From an uncultured virus (IMG/VR IMGVR_UViG_3300025168_000059) (Duplodnaviria; Heunggongvirae; Uroviricota; Caudoviricetes): a DNA stretch of 64,000 bases. The notes beneath the pieces were generated by a model. It was not told the origin of the DNA, searched no databases, and saw only the letters and a list, made by a program, of their open reading frames with translations. Positions within the stretch are counted from its first letter, which is position 1. Each line of letters starts with the position of its first letter. Positions 29,361 to 38,748 of the stretch are shown here, piece after piece. Location of the stretch: IMG/VR virus record IMGVR_UViG_3300025168_000059. One strand, written 5' to 3'. A program made the position numbers and the translations under genes.

Positions 29361-29834
29361 TTATTTTATTATTATATCTACAGCACTATCGCTGTTATTT
29401 AATTTAATTTTTAAAATATATTTGTCTCTGTTAAACTCTAAATCGCTATAATCGTATTTTAAAGTAACACCTTTTGGTATAACTAAATTTTTTATATAGT
29501 AATAAGTTTCTACAATACTAGTAGCACTTTGACTATATTGTGCTGCAGAAGTCTGTGTATAATCATTTGTGTTTTGTGCAGGAGTAATCTCATTCCTATA
29601 ATAATTTTGTACTCTAGATTCTGTTTCATCTATTATGTCATCACCATTTTCATCTTGACCTAATCCAAAAGAAACTAAGTCGTTTTGTCTTGTTATATAT
29701 AAATCTATACTTACAGCATCTGTACTATGTACATTAGTAAAACACACATATTTAGGATTTTCAGAGCTACTATAAAGTTCTTTTAACTCTAAACGTTGTG
29801 CTGTATTATTTGTTATATTATAATATAAACTCAT
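29361..29834 (-). CDS. Hypothetical tail-fibre-associated beta protein
   Basis: 157 aa. TNVHSTDAVSIDLY...IKNLVIPKGVTL beta-strand pattern. Confidence 0.4.
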   Translation of the reverse strand: MSLYYNITNNTAQRLELKELYSSSENPKYVCFTNVHSTDAVSIDLYITRQNDLVSFGLGQDENGDDIIDETESRVQNYYRNEITPAQNTNDYTQTSAAQYSQSATSIVETYYYIKNLVIPKGVTLKYDYSDLEFNRDKYILKIKLNNSDSAVDIIIK

Positions 29835-29836
29835 AA

Positions 29837-31384
29837 TTAATAACTATTAAAATCTAATTCAAAAACTAAAGTTACAACATATTTTGCAGTAAGTCCTAAA
29901 TCTACAGAATTTTTCATACTAACACCTATTAAATCTCCGGCTGCAAAAATATTCGTACCAGATGTAATAGATGTTGTAAAATCAGCTGTTCCTTCGTCAA
30001 CTCTATTAACTCCTGCAATAGCTTTTGTTCCTAGTGTGGCCGTGTTACCAGTAGTCCAATTACTACCAGCTGGAACTCTATCAAGAGCAAATGTTATTTG
30101 ATTACTACTAGTGTGATGATGTTGATTTGATTTATAATGAACTTTTAATAATTTACCAGCTGTAGGAGCTATCATAGGTGTTACTACGTTTGTAAATGAA
30201 GGACTTTCACTTGTTGTAACAAAAGGTATGTAATGAGCTGTTACATCTATATCATCAGTAAAATTAGCTGTTTCCATATAGATTACTTTATTTTTTGTTT
30301 GTACTATATTACTTTCTATAGTAACTACGCCAGAAGCACTTCTAGCTATAGTAGTGTCATTAACATGGCCTAATTCTATAGATCCTATACCTAAAGCATT
30401 AGAAGTAGACGCTGTAATATTAGAACTGTCTAGACCAGTTAAACCACCTCCAGCACCCACAAAACCACCAGCTGTTAAAAGATTTGTGTGAGGTACGTAT
30501 GATAAAGCTGTGTCTGTTTCTAAACCTTGAGTTCCTGTTGCTCCATCAACAAACGTCATGTAGTGACTACCAGCAGTACTATTGGCTGCTACTACAGTTG
30601 AGGCTGTTGCTATAGCAGCTGTTCCACTAGTATTTTGATTACCAGCAGTATTTACACCAGGTAAATTAATATTAGCTGAACCATTAAATGCAATACCACC
30701 TATTGTCCTTGAGTCTTCTAAGATTGTTGCTGAGGCCGCTATACCACTTGTATCTTGATTAAGCGTTCCTATGTTACTAGAATGTATTGTGCCAGCACTA
30801 GCTCCTGCCCAATCAACATGCTCAGCCGCTACAAAGTTAGATAGTGAATCGTGATCTATTTCACTAGGAACAGCTGTTGCCGTAATAGTACCACTACTAT
30901 TTGTAACCCCTACTCCAGTTGCTCCTAAAATTGAAATACTAGGTGTGGTACCAGACGTATATCTAGCTGCAGAACCAGAATCTGTTGTTACAGTAAAATT
31001 TGTTACTGTACCTACTTGAGAATCAGTATCTACAGCAGAAGTAATACCAGTCACATGCCCAAAATCATCTAGAGTTAAATCTTGAACAAACGTTCTCCCA
31101 CTATTATTTACACTAGATTGTGATGATGTATTGCCATGACCTACTGTTGCTGAATAATCACCAGCATCTGTATTTAGCTCATCTAATATAGTAATGCCTT
31201 CTCCTGCAGTTAAATCTACTCCAGTTATATCTCCACTACTAACAGTTGCTTTAACTACTTTATTATTAGAATCTAAACCTAAATTACTTCCACTAGCTAT
31301 CGTGCCAGTAGATATATCATCTAAATAAACATCAGATCTAAATCTAGCTATAAAATCTACAATATGTTGACCAATCCACTTCAA
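29837..31384 (-). CDS. Tail fibre protein
   Basis: 515 aa, T/S/G/A-rich. LDDFGHVTG and SRTIGGIAFNGSANINLPGVN fibre motifs. Confidence 0.75.
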   Translation of the reverse strand: MKWIGQHIVDFIARFRSDVYLDDISTGTIASGSNLGLDSNNKVVKATVSSGDITGVDLTAGEGITILDELNTDAGDYSATVGHGNTSSQSSVNNSGRTFVQDLTLDDFGHVTGITSAVDTDSQVGTVTNFTVTTDSGSAARYTSGTTPSISILGATGVGVTNSSGTITATAVPSEIDHDSLSNFVAAEHVDWAGASAGTIHSSNIGTLNQDTSGIAASATILEDSRTIGGIAFNGSANINLPGVNTAGNQNTSGTAAIATASTVVAANSTAGSHYMTFVDGATGTQGLETDTALSYVPHTNLLTAGGFVGAGGGLTGLDSSNITASTSNALGIGSIELGHVNDTTIARSASGVVTIESNIVQTKNKVIYMETANFTDDIDVTAHYIPFVTTSESPSFTNVVTPMIAPTAGKLLKVHYKSNQHHHTSSNQITFALDRVPAGSNWTTGNTATLGTKAIAGVNRVDEGTADFTTSITSGTNIFAAGDLIGVSMKNSVDLGLTAKYVVTLVFELDFNSY

Positions 31385-31385
31385 T

Positions 31386-31844
31386 CTATATTACTTTATA
31401 TTTTGTTTTATTACTTTCATTTTTATATGCAAGTAAGCATCTATTTCTATTTTTTTCTTCAGAAACATAACTTACGTGTATCCATGCAGGATTTTTTTCA
31501 TTTCCAAATTCCCATATAAGCTGATCAAAATTTAAATTTTCTTTTATAAACTTATACATTTCTGCATTTGTTTTATGCCCAAAAGTATCATCTATATCTA
31601 TAGCCTGACCTTTACAATGTTGTGAACTTTTTGACCCTCCTATAGCTGTATTTAATTCTTCAGACCTAAAAAAACTATTAATTTTTACAGGACCGCTAAC
31701 CCAATTTCTTACCGGCTCAAATATTTGTTTAGCTATAATTTTCATATTATACAGCTGCTTTTCACCCGGTCTATTATTAATACCCCTTCTAATAGCAGTA
31801 TTACTATAAACTCCTTCTTTATCACTTATATGCTTACTTATCAT
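31386..31844 (-). CDS. Endolysin, peptidase M15 family
   Basis: SFFRSEELN..IGG..SSQHCKGQAIDI and WIHVSY Zn-ligand motifs. Likely start is ATG 31844 (MISKH). Confidence 0.88.
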   Translation of the reverse strand: MISKHISDKEGVYSNTAIRRGINNRPGEKQLYNMKIIAKQIFEPVRNWVSGPVKINSFFRSEELNTAIGGSKSSQHCKGQAIDIDDTFGHKTNAEMYKFIKENLNFDQLIWEFGNEKNPAWIHVSYVSEEKNRNRCLLAYKNESNKTKYKVI

Positions 31845-31846
31845 AA

Positions 31847-32209
31847 TTATGCTATTGACCAATATCCATACTCAAGTACACATGCTGCTGTATAAGCTTC
31901 CGCAGCAATTGCTAAAGAATTATATATAGGCATATATGCAAACTCTCCTACTCGTAATTTTAATATGTGATTTCCCCCAAATTTTACCTGCACAAATGAT
32001 GCATTGTTCTCAGAAGAAATTACTTTTAAATATACATAAGAAAAAGCTGAGTTACTTGCTACTACATCCTGCGCTGAACCTGTAGCTATAGACTTTCTAG
32101 ATAATTCTGTTGGGTTTGTTGTTGCTAAGCTATCGTTTACTGTTACGCCTAATACATCGGTCATAGCATCGTTGCTAGATAGTGTTAAGCCTACTTTTAG
32201 TGTTGCCAT
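31847..32209 (-). CDS. Small beta-rich virion protein (paralog of 32239-32604)
   Basis: Shares MxTLxVxLxLxS, YVYLK and GEF/QEF motifs with its neighbour. Confidence 0.55.
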   Translation of the reverse strand: MATLKVGLTLSSNDAMTDVLGVTVNDSLATTNPTELSRKSIATGSAQDVVASNSAFSYVYLKVISSENNASFVQVKFGGNHILKLRVGEFAYMPIYNSLAIAAEAYTAACVLEYGYWSIA

Positions 32210-32238
32210 ATTATTTTATTTTATTTTAATTATTATTA

Positions 32239-32604
32239 TTATACTTCAAATAGAAGCAATTCCATAACAGGTGTACCAGCGTCTGCATCATAACACAAAT
32301 CCTCATCTCCAGACCATGAAAAGAATATAAATTCTTGTGCTCCTATATCATGAATATTTGCAGAATCAGTTGCTCCAGTTCTGATATGAATCTTTTCTGT
32401 TGTTTTTATACTTAAGTTTTTTAGATACACATAACATTTACCATAATCATCTGCTTCTAAAAATTTAGCAGCATTTGTTGAAGTAGCAAATCTTTTTTGA
32501 ACCACATCTTTAGTAAAAGCTACAGTATCTGATTGATTCAAAGTTAGACTGTCACTAGTAGCATTAGTACTAGTTAAACCTAATTTTACTGTTAATGTTC
32601 CCAT
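32239..32604 (-). CDS. Small beta-rich virion protein (paralog of 31847-32209)
   Basis: Same shared motifs as 31847-32209. Confidence 0.55.
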   Translation of the reverse strand: MGTLTVKLGLTSTNATSDSLTLNQSDTVAFTKDVVQKRFATSTNAAKFLEADDYGKCYVYLKNLSIKTTEKIHIRTGATDSANIHDIGAQEFIFFSWSGDEDLCYDADAGTPVMELLLFEV

Positions 32605-32615
32605 AATTTTTAATT

Positions 32616-35378
32616 TTATTTATTAATTTTTATTTTTCTAATTACACTTCCGTCGTCATATATAAACAACAAAAGTGTATTGTCTCTAATTGTATTTACT
32701 GGTCTTCCTAATAAATCTGTAATCATTATTAAAGTTTTAGCTCCTCTTTTAAGTAAAGGCCCAGACCAAGTACCTTGACAATAATCATATGTAGCTTGAC
32801 ATATAGTATCCCATTCATTTTCACAACAATATTCATCTACATCTATTACCCAGGCGTAACAAGGGTCATTGAGCCAATAAGGACTACCCGGACCAGTGAT
32901 ACAATCAGCGCTATATAAGCAAGAAGCAGAGTCATTAACATTAGCTTCAATATTATAATTCCACGCATTGACATCCATACAGCCTTGCACCACAGTAATA
33001 CACGAACCGTTATCAGTATTAGCTGTTGAATCATAATTAAGAGCAGTATTATCCATACACCCATAAACATAAGGAACGCAGCTAAAATCTTCAGTATTAG
33101 CGGATGAGTTGTAATTAAGCATACTAGGATCAGTACAACCATAAATAAAAGATATACAAGAATTATTGTCAACATTGGCTAAAGGGTTAAAATTAAACAT
33201 TATTGAATCTGTACAACCATAAACAAATGGAATACAGTTTCCATTATCTGTATTTGCTAATGGGTCATAATTAAACATAGTAGCATCCATACAACCATAG
33301 ACTACAGGAATACAACTTTCATCAGTAATATTTGCAAGAGGATTATAGTTAAAAGCATCCGGATCCATACAACCATATGTTACTCCTATACAACTACCGT
33401 CATCTGTATTAGCACTAATATTGTAATTAAAAGCTATAGGAGAAGTACATCCATAAATAATTGGAGTACAAGAACCAGGTGTATTTGCTTGTGGATTGTA
33501 ATTAAAAGAACCAACTACCATACACCCAACTACAACAGGAACACACCCTCCATTATCTACATTAGCAGAAAGATTAAAATTAAATGCATTTGGGTCAGTA
33601 CATCCAAAAACAGCTAAATTATTACAACTACCATTATCTATATCAGCTACAAAACCTTGAGTATAGTATTGTAAATACCCAGGATTTGTACATCCAGGAT
33701 TGTAGTAGCATGTATCTGCTGTATTAGCTGTATCATTATAGTTATACGCAGATTGATCTAAACATCCATAAATTATATCTATACACTCATTTCCACAGTA
33801 AGGTAAAGCAGTATAAATATCTTCTGGATTTTTAAAGTTTTTTAATTTATTTTCATTAGGTCCAGGCCAAGGGTTGTCACCTTCATAGAGTATAACTCCA
33901 TACGTATTTTCTAACTTAAATGAATTTTGTATTGTTTGTATATCTAATTGTTGTGCATTTTGTTGAGGAGTAGGTATTTCAAAATAATAAAGATATACTT
34001 CTTCATATGCACTTAGTGATAAATTAAATGTATCAGAATATACACCATTTGAATTAATTCTAAATTGCCATAAATTAGTGCCTTGTCTTACTCCTAACCA
34101 ACAATTACCCCAACTGTCACCTCCAGCATCATATAATATTAAATCGTAAGTGCATGGAGATGTTAATTCCATTCTATGTGCTGCTGGATCATAATTAAAA
34201 GCACTTGAATCTATACACCCATATAATGCTATTGTACTACAACTACCGTCATCAATTGTAGCTAACTCATTGTACTCTAAGTAATCTTCATCAATGCAGC
34301 CATATATAGTAGTATCATTACTACATGAATCTGAAGCATAAGGATTTGATGAAGCACTGTACCCAAAGTTAGGTGGATTTAAAATAAACACTGTATCTTC
34401 ACAGTCTAAGTTTTTTACAATACAGCTACCAACTACAGAACCACCTCCAATACCATCACCGTAGGTATCGTTTATAGTAAATACAATAGTATCACTAATA
34501 GGCACACAAACTTCAGTAAATACTGTTTGTCCTGTTTGTGTATAGTCATATGTCCCAGCTGGCACAGTATATATTATATTACCACCAGATGTTATTTCCC
34601 AAGAAGTTTCGCCAGGCCAATTGTCTAATAGTATTGCAACTTCTATTAATGATTGTCCAGAACTACAACTGACTTCCATTACACAAGTGCCATCGTCTAC
34701 ATTTGCCCACGGATTATAATTTTCTGCTAAAGAGTTCATACAGCCATTAATATAAATACAACCAATATTTATAGTAGCTGTAGAATCATAATTAGGTGCT
34801 ACAGTATCTGTACACCCATAAATTATAGAATATGGATTACTAATCATTATATCATCTATACATATATCGCTAGTAAAACTAGTCCCAGTATTTCCTACAA
34901 ATGCTATTTTAAAGTTATTTTGTAGATTAAAACTGTCTAATGGATAATAACCTAATTTCCATGCCATACCTTGATCTCCGTTGTATGCATCTATAAAAAT
35001 ATAATTACCAAAGCTATCTACTATAGCTACTTCAAGCTCTCCCATTGCTGGTCCAAACATGTGATACCAAAAAGATAATACCTTGCCAGGAGTAACAGAT
35101 ACGTCAAATGTTGGTGTATATGTTATAAACTGTTTACTAGGATAATTAGGAGATGATGATTCTACATAAAAATAAACACCATTACTAGTTGTGTGATCTC
35201 CTTGTGGGCCTGTATTAAATGAGGATGTTTCACCTATTTTTAACAACCAATCACCATCATCATTTTGATCTTGTTGTAATGGTAAATTATTTTCAAAATT
35301 ATGTACCCAAGGAAAAGTATTAACTTGCCCAATCCCTATAAAAGGTAATAGTAATAATAATAATAATAGTTTTTTCAT
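32616..35378 (-). CDS. Secreted MAM-domain protein with Cys repeats and T9SS-like C-terminal sorting domain
   Basis: Signal peptide MKKLLLLLLLLPFIGIG|Q. MAM motifs TGPQGDHT, YFYVESS, LSFWYHMFG, DICIDDI. About 15 GCxDxxAxNYxxxAxxDDGSC repeats. C-terminus ITDLLGR...LFIYDDGSVIRKIK. Confidence 0.8.
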   Translation of the reverse strand: MKKLLLLLLLLPFIGIGQVNTFPWVHNFENNLPLQQDQNDDGDWLLKIGETSSFNTGPQGDHTTSNGVYFYVESSSPNYPSKQFITYTPTFDVSVTPGKVLSFWYHMFGPAMGELEVAIVDSFGNYIFIDAYNGDQGMAWKLGYYPLDSFNLQNNFKIAFVGNTGTSFTSDICIDDIMISNPYSIIYGCTDTVAPNYDSTATINIGCIYINGCMNSLAENYNPWANVDDGTCVMEVSCSSGQSLIEVAILLDNWPGETSWEITSGGNIIYTVPAGTYDYTQTGQTVFTEVCVPISDTIVFTINDTYGDGIGGGSVVGSCIVKNLDCEDTVFILNPPNFGYSASSNPYASDSCSNDTTIYGCIDEDYLEYNELATIDDGSCSTIALYGCIDSSAFNYDPAAHRMELTSPCTYDLILYDAGGDSWGNCWLGVRQGTNLWQFRINSNGVYSDTFNLSLSAYEEVYLYYFEIPTPQQNAQQLDIQTIQNSFKLENTYGVILYEGDNPWPGPNENKLKNFKNPEDIYTALPYCGNECIDIIYGCLDQSAYNYNDTANTADTCYYNPGCTNPGYLQYYTQGFVADIDNGSCNNLAVFGCTDPNAFNFNLSANVDNGGCVPVVVGCMVVGSFNYNPQANTPGSCTPIIYGCTSPIAFNYNISANTDDGSCIGVTYGCMDPDAFNYNPLANITDESCIPVVYGCMDATMFNYDPLANTDNGNCIPFVYGCTDSIMFNFNPLANVDNNSCISFIYGCTDPSMLNYNSSANTEDFSCVPYVYGCMDNTALNYDSTANTDNGSCITVVQGCMDVNAWNYNIEANVNDSASCLYSADCITGPGSPYWLNDPCYAWVIDVDEYCCENEWDTICQATYDYCQGTWSGPLLKRGAKTLIMITDLLGRPVNTIRDNTLLLFIYDDGSVIRKIKINK

Positions 35379-35379
35379 T

Positions 35380-35709
35380 TTAAAAATCGCTCATTAATAA
35401 TTCATCTATTTCTTCTTGTACTTCTTTTTTTGTTGATACCATTTTAAAAGACAAGTCAGCTTGAAACCTAAGTGCTTCTTCTCCATCTTTAAATATTATA
35501 ATAGTAGGTACAACTGCTATTTTATATTTTTTTGCATCATCAGAACTCTTACCTATATCTATGTAGCCTTTTGTTTGACACTCAGATAACCCCATAAACC
35601 ATTCAACATCATTAGCTTTATTCCACTCAGCATTAAAATGCTTTGCTGTAATCTGCGCAAAAGCTCCTCCTCCTGTAAAAAATATTATTAAGATAAGTAT
35701 ATATCTCAT
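35380..35709 (-). CDS. Exported thioredoxin-fold protein lacking CxxC
   Basis: Signal peptide ending AFA|Q. HFNAEWN in place of F.A.WC..C, and KYKIAVVPTIIIFKDGEE cis-Pro motif. Confidence 0.7.
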   Translation of the reverse strand: MRYILILIIFFTGGGAFAQITAKHFNAEWNKANDVEWFMGLSECQTKGYIDIGKSSDDAKKYKIAVVPTIIIFKDGEEALRFQADLSFKMVSTKKEVQEEIDELLMSDF

Positions 35710-35987
35710 CGGTTATATAATTTATCTTCTATTTTTTCCATAGATTTTTTAATTTCTTCTACATCTTTTTGAGTTGTTATAATAGTGTTACGAATCATTT
35801 GATCTTTCATGTCAAACTCCATTCTAGTAACTTCTGGATCTGGAGGTGCCGGCAACTCTTTAGCTTCTTCTATATCAGCTTGTAAAGCAAACCACATGCC
35901 TATTATAGTTGCCATTGCAAAACTTATAGCTATAAGTGTTTTAACACTTATATTAAATCCAGTATCTTCATTTAACTCTTTAGCCAT
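35706..35987 (-). CDS. Single-TM coiled-coil membrane protein
   Basis: TM LIAISFAMATIIGMWFAL, Pro linker, then a coiled coil. Confidence 0.6.
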   Translation of the reverse strand: MAKELNEDTGFNISVKTLIAISFAMATIIGMWFALQADIEEAKELPAPPDPEVTRMEFDMKDQMIRNTIITTQKDVEEIKKSMEKIEDKLYNR

Positions 35988-35988
35988 T

Positions 35989-36198
35989 TTAATTCCAAAA
36001 TATTAATTTACCTAATATACCTATTAAAACTAACCAAATAGACCAAAGGGTTTTTTGAGTAGCTTTTCTAAAACTAGTATTTCTATTAACTCGTGAGATA
36101 GTTCCATCGTCTGGATCTAACAATCTTTTTTTAATAAATCTCACATCTTCTTTTAAATCTCTTAACTCTTCGTGTATTTGTTTATTAGTAATAGGCAT
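35989..36198 (-). CDS. Small coiled-coil protein with C-terminal TM
   Basis: 69 aa. C-terminal LWSIWLVLIGILGKLIFW. Confidence 0.55.
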   Translation of the reverse strand: MPITNKQIHEELRDLKEDVRFIKKRLLDPDDGTISRVNRNTSFRKATQKTLWSIWLVLIGILGKLIFWN

Positions 36199-36201
36199 AG
36201 C

Positions 36202-36372
36202 TTATAATTCAAATCCAAAATTCAATACTATAATTCTAAATCTATTAGAAGTACAATCTTTTGTGCAGAATAAACATACCTTCATTTCTAATACTGTTAT
36301 TCTACCTAATCTAAAAGTAATTTCATACTTTTCTTTTTTATTTCCTTTAGCCCAACTATTAATCCAATTCAT
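36202..36372 (-). CDS. Small hypothetical protein (56 aa)
   Basis: Not in the ORF track. MNWINSWAKGNKKEKYEITFRLGRITVLEMKVCLFCTKDCTSNRFRIIVLNFGFEL. Has an ATGA overlap with the upstream stop and fills the gap exactly. Confidence 0.65.
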   Translation of the reverse strand: MNWINSWAKGNKKEKYEITFRLGRITVLEMKVCLFCTKDCTSNRFRIIVLNFGFEL

Positions 36373-36458
36373 TTCGTTTCAGTTTTAGTTGTTTTTTCGT
36401 GAGAACCATCGCAGCTCCCATCTTCAGATTTTGTCTTACCACATGCACATTTTGCCAT
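36369..36458 (-). CDS. 29-aa CDGSH-type [2Fe-2S]-binding peptide
   Basis: Not in the ORF track. MAKCACGKTKSEDGSCDGSHEKTTKTETK with an A-rich leader. Translationally coupled to the next ORF. Confidence 0.7.
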   Translation of the reverse strand: MAKCACGKTKSEDGSCDGSHEKTTKTETK

Positions 36459-36470
36459 AATTTTATTGTT

Positions 36471-37616
36471 TTAAAATATTATATAATTAACTCCTAATTT
36501 AAAGTCGTACCACTCTCTGTTCCAGTATTTGTTATACTTACCCTCAACAAAATATCCTAGATTTTTATTTACTTTTATCCCATATATTAAACCTGCAGAA
36601 TAGTCGTACCACTGGTCGTCTTCTATATAGTTATGATATGAAAACTCACTACCATCATTGTAATGCCAAGGTAATAAATTACCCCATGCGTGTAACCATG
36701 TTTTTTTAGTGTACTTATAATAATCAAATCCTATAATTAAAGAGTGTTGAATTTGTTTTTCTAATTCATTTCTTTTTCTTTCAGAATAGTCAGATAAAAC
36801 TTGAGGAACAACAACTTCTTTCCATACCTCAGCATTTGTAGCAACTATATTTCCAGTAGGATCACTATATTCATTTGCATATACATTCACGTTATAACCC
36901 TCTTGTATAGCTAAATACGTATAATGTAAATTTCCATTGTTTAGCATCCATTCTTCTAAAGGATTATACCCATAAGGTTCAGCTAATCTATGCGCAGCAC
37001 CTATACTAAAAGATAAATCTGCATTTTTTTTCCATCTATATCTTTCTGACAATTCAAAATATTCTATGTCAGCAAAACCGTCTTTTAAATACTCTACTTT
37101 TGCAGCAAAATGATCAACACATAAAGGACCATCACAATTATCATCTGAGCTATATCTAATAAAATGATGCTGATCTATATAATCTACTCCTTGTTGTCTA
37201 GCATAATCTACTTCAAAAAGATATTCAAACCCTTGCACCTTACCTACTGTAGCTGCGTCTGTATAGTTTGACTCTGTACCATCATAAAAAGTATTTGCTC
37301 TGTTTTCATAACCAAATCTGGCAATCTTTCTTATACCTACAGTTAAAGAATAGTCATAAGGAGTTGATATAATTCCTTCTTGTAGTTGTCCTGATGTTAC
37401 TGAAAATGTTTTTGCATCAGATACAGAAGTACCCCCATTTACTGCTCCATAAACTGTCGAAAATTTTAAATGTTTTTTTAAAGTTTTCTTTATATCAAAA
37501 TTTTGTAAATATGATTTTATATCAGTATTAGTTTCTTGCGAACAACATTTTTTAGGTGTTAAGCACGAAACTAGTATTATCTTAAAAATTATACAAACTA
37601 AAATTATTTTTTTCAT
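36471..37616 (-). CDS. Putative outer-membrane beta-barrel protein
   Basis: Signal peptide (possible ..CCS|Q or lipobox LVSC). Aromatic amphipathic strands (LGYFVEGKY, FKLGVNYIIF) and a terminal Phe beta-signal. Confidence 0.7.
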   Translation of the reverse strand: MKKIILVCIIFKIILVSCLTPKKCCSQETNTDIKSYLQNFDIKKTLKKHLKFSTVYGAVNGGTSVSDAKTFSVTSGQLQEGIISTPYDYSLTVGIRKIARFGYENRANTFYDGTESNYTDAATVGKVQGFEYLFEVDYARQQGVDYIDQHHFIRYSSDDNCDGPLCVDHFAAKVEYLKDGFADIEYFELSERYRWKKNADLSFSIGAAHRLAEPYGYNPLEEWMLNNGNLHYTYLAIQEGYNVNVYANEYSDPTGNIVATNAEVWKEVVVPQVLSDYSERKRNELEKQIQHSLIIGFDYYKYTKKTWLHAWGNLLPWHYNDGSEFSYHNYIEDDQWYDYSAGLIYGIKVNKNLGYFVEGKYNKYWNREWYDFKLGVNYIIF

Positions 37617-37626
37617 ATTACTTAAA

Positions 37627-38382
37627 TTAAGATATTGGTGTTGTTAAGCTAAAAGTTGCATTACCACTTAATGTTCCAGTTAAATTTAAAAATCCAAAAT
37701 CAGCTATTGAAGTTCCTTCTCCTTCATTAAATTTCCATAAATTTAGTAAGTTAAGAGAAGATATATAATTACCTGCATTACCGTCTACTGGAATTGGTAC
37801 TCCGCTATTATATAAATTTAGTATTTCTGCACCAGCTAATAATTTGTTGTGTATAGCAACTTGATATAGTAACCCTTTAAATGCTTGATTGCCAGCAGCG
37901 TTATCATCACCAATTCTATTGAAAGTAATATTTCTAGATTCAGATGCGCCAAAATTTGTATTAGATACAACAACAGCACTTCCATCTTCAAATGCGGCAA
38001 CAGTTGCGGCATCTCCGGTTTTCCCTGTAATAGTTATAGCATAATGATGCCAATTAGTATCAGCAGTAACAGCAGCATAAGCTTCTTGACCATTTAAATC
38101 ACTTTCTATATAAAGTTTATCGCCAGCAGAATCAAAATAAAGACGTTTAAATGATCCTGATCCTGAATGCCCTAGTACAACAGCTTCATCATTATTGTCA
38201 GTTCTTTTAGCCCAAAAAGATATAGTAAGATTATTTCCTCCAGCATTTATTTCATATGTCTGATCTTCAAAAGTAACAAAGTCAGTTGTTCCGTCAAGTG
38301 CTAGTGAATGCAAAGATACTTTTGGTGCATCTAAATACTGAGGTTTAGCCATGCTTACTCCTAATCCTAACATTGGTGCCAT
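37627..38382 (-). CDS. LamG/concanavalin A-like virion protein
   Basis: SLALDGTTDFV, TISFWAK, WHHYAIT, FKGLLYQVAI, WKFNEGEG. Confidence 0.8.
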   Translation of the reverse strand: MAPMLGLGVSMAKPQYLDAPKVSLHSLALDGTTDFVTFEDQTYEINAGGNNLTISFWAKRTDNNDEAVVLGHSGSGSFKRLYFDSAGDKLYIESDLNGQEAYAAVTADTNWHHYAITITGKTGDAATVAAFEDGSAVVVSNTNFGASESRNITFNRIGDDNAAGNQAFKGLLYQVAIHNKLLAGAEILNLYNSGVPIPVDGNAGNYISSLNLLNLWKFNEGEGTSIADFGFLNLTGTLSGNATFSLTTPIS

Positions 38383-38394
38383 AGTTTATATTTT

Positions 38395-38748
38395 TTAAGA
38401 TTCGTCTGCTGTTGGTTCTTTAGCTTCTCCAGCAATTCCTTTAGAGTATGCTAATATTTTACCACTGTCTAGTTCTATACATTGAAAATCAGAGTATATT
38501 GTCATACCTTTAGGTACTGATATATTATTTGCTACAGGTCTTTTTGTTCCTGCATCAAACTCAATAATTCCTGTAAGACCTTCACTAACATCAATTACAG
38601 TATCTTCTGTTGCAGATATTGCATAAAAAGGTCCACAATGTTTTGTAGTATTAGTTATATAAGTTGTATATGATTGATAAACCGCTATTTGATTATGCTT
38701 TTTATTTTCTTCACAACAACATAAGTCTTGCGTACGTGATTTTGCCAT
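38395..38748 (-). CDS. Small virion beta protein
   Basis: VPKGMTIY...IELDSGKILAY motif common in phage structural proteins. Confidence 0.45.
   Translation of the reverse strand: MAKSRTQDLCCCEENKKHNQIAVYQSYTTYITNTTKHCGPFYAISATEDTVIDVSEGLTGIIEFDAGTKRPVANNISVPKGMTIYSDFQCIELDSGKILAYSKGIAGEAKEPTADES

Noticed and set aside
24296..33175. Nested minus-strand ORFs 24296-24499 and 32846-33175 that look hydrophobic
   Set aside because: Alternative frames inside the muzzle and MAM genes. The hydrophobicity is a frame-shift artefact and there is no lipobox to suggest an embedded spanin.
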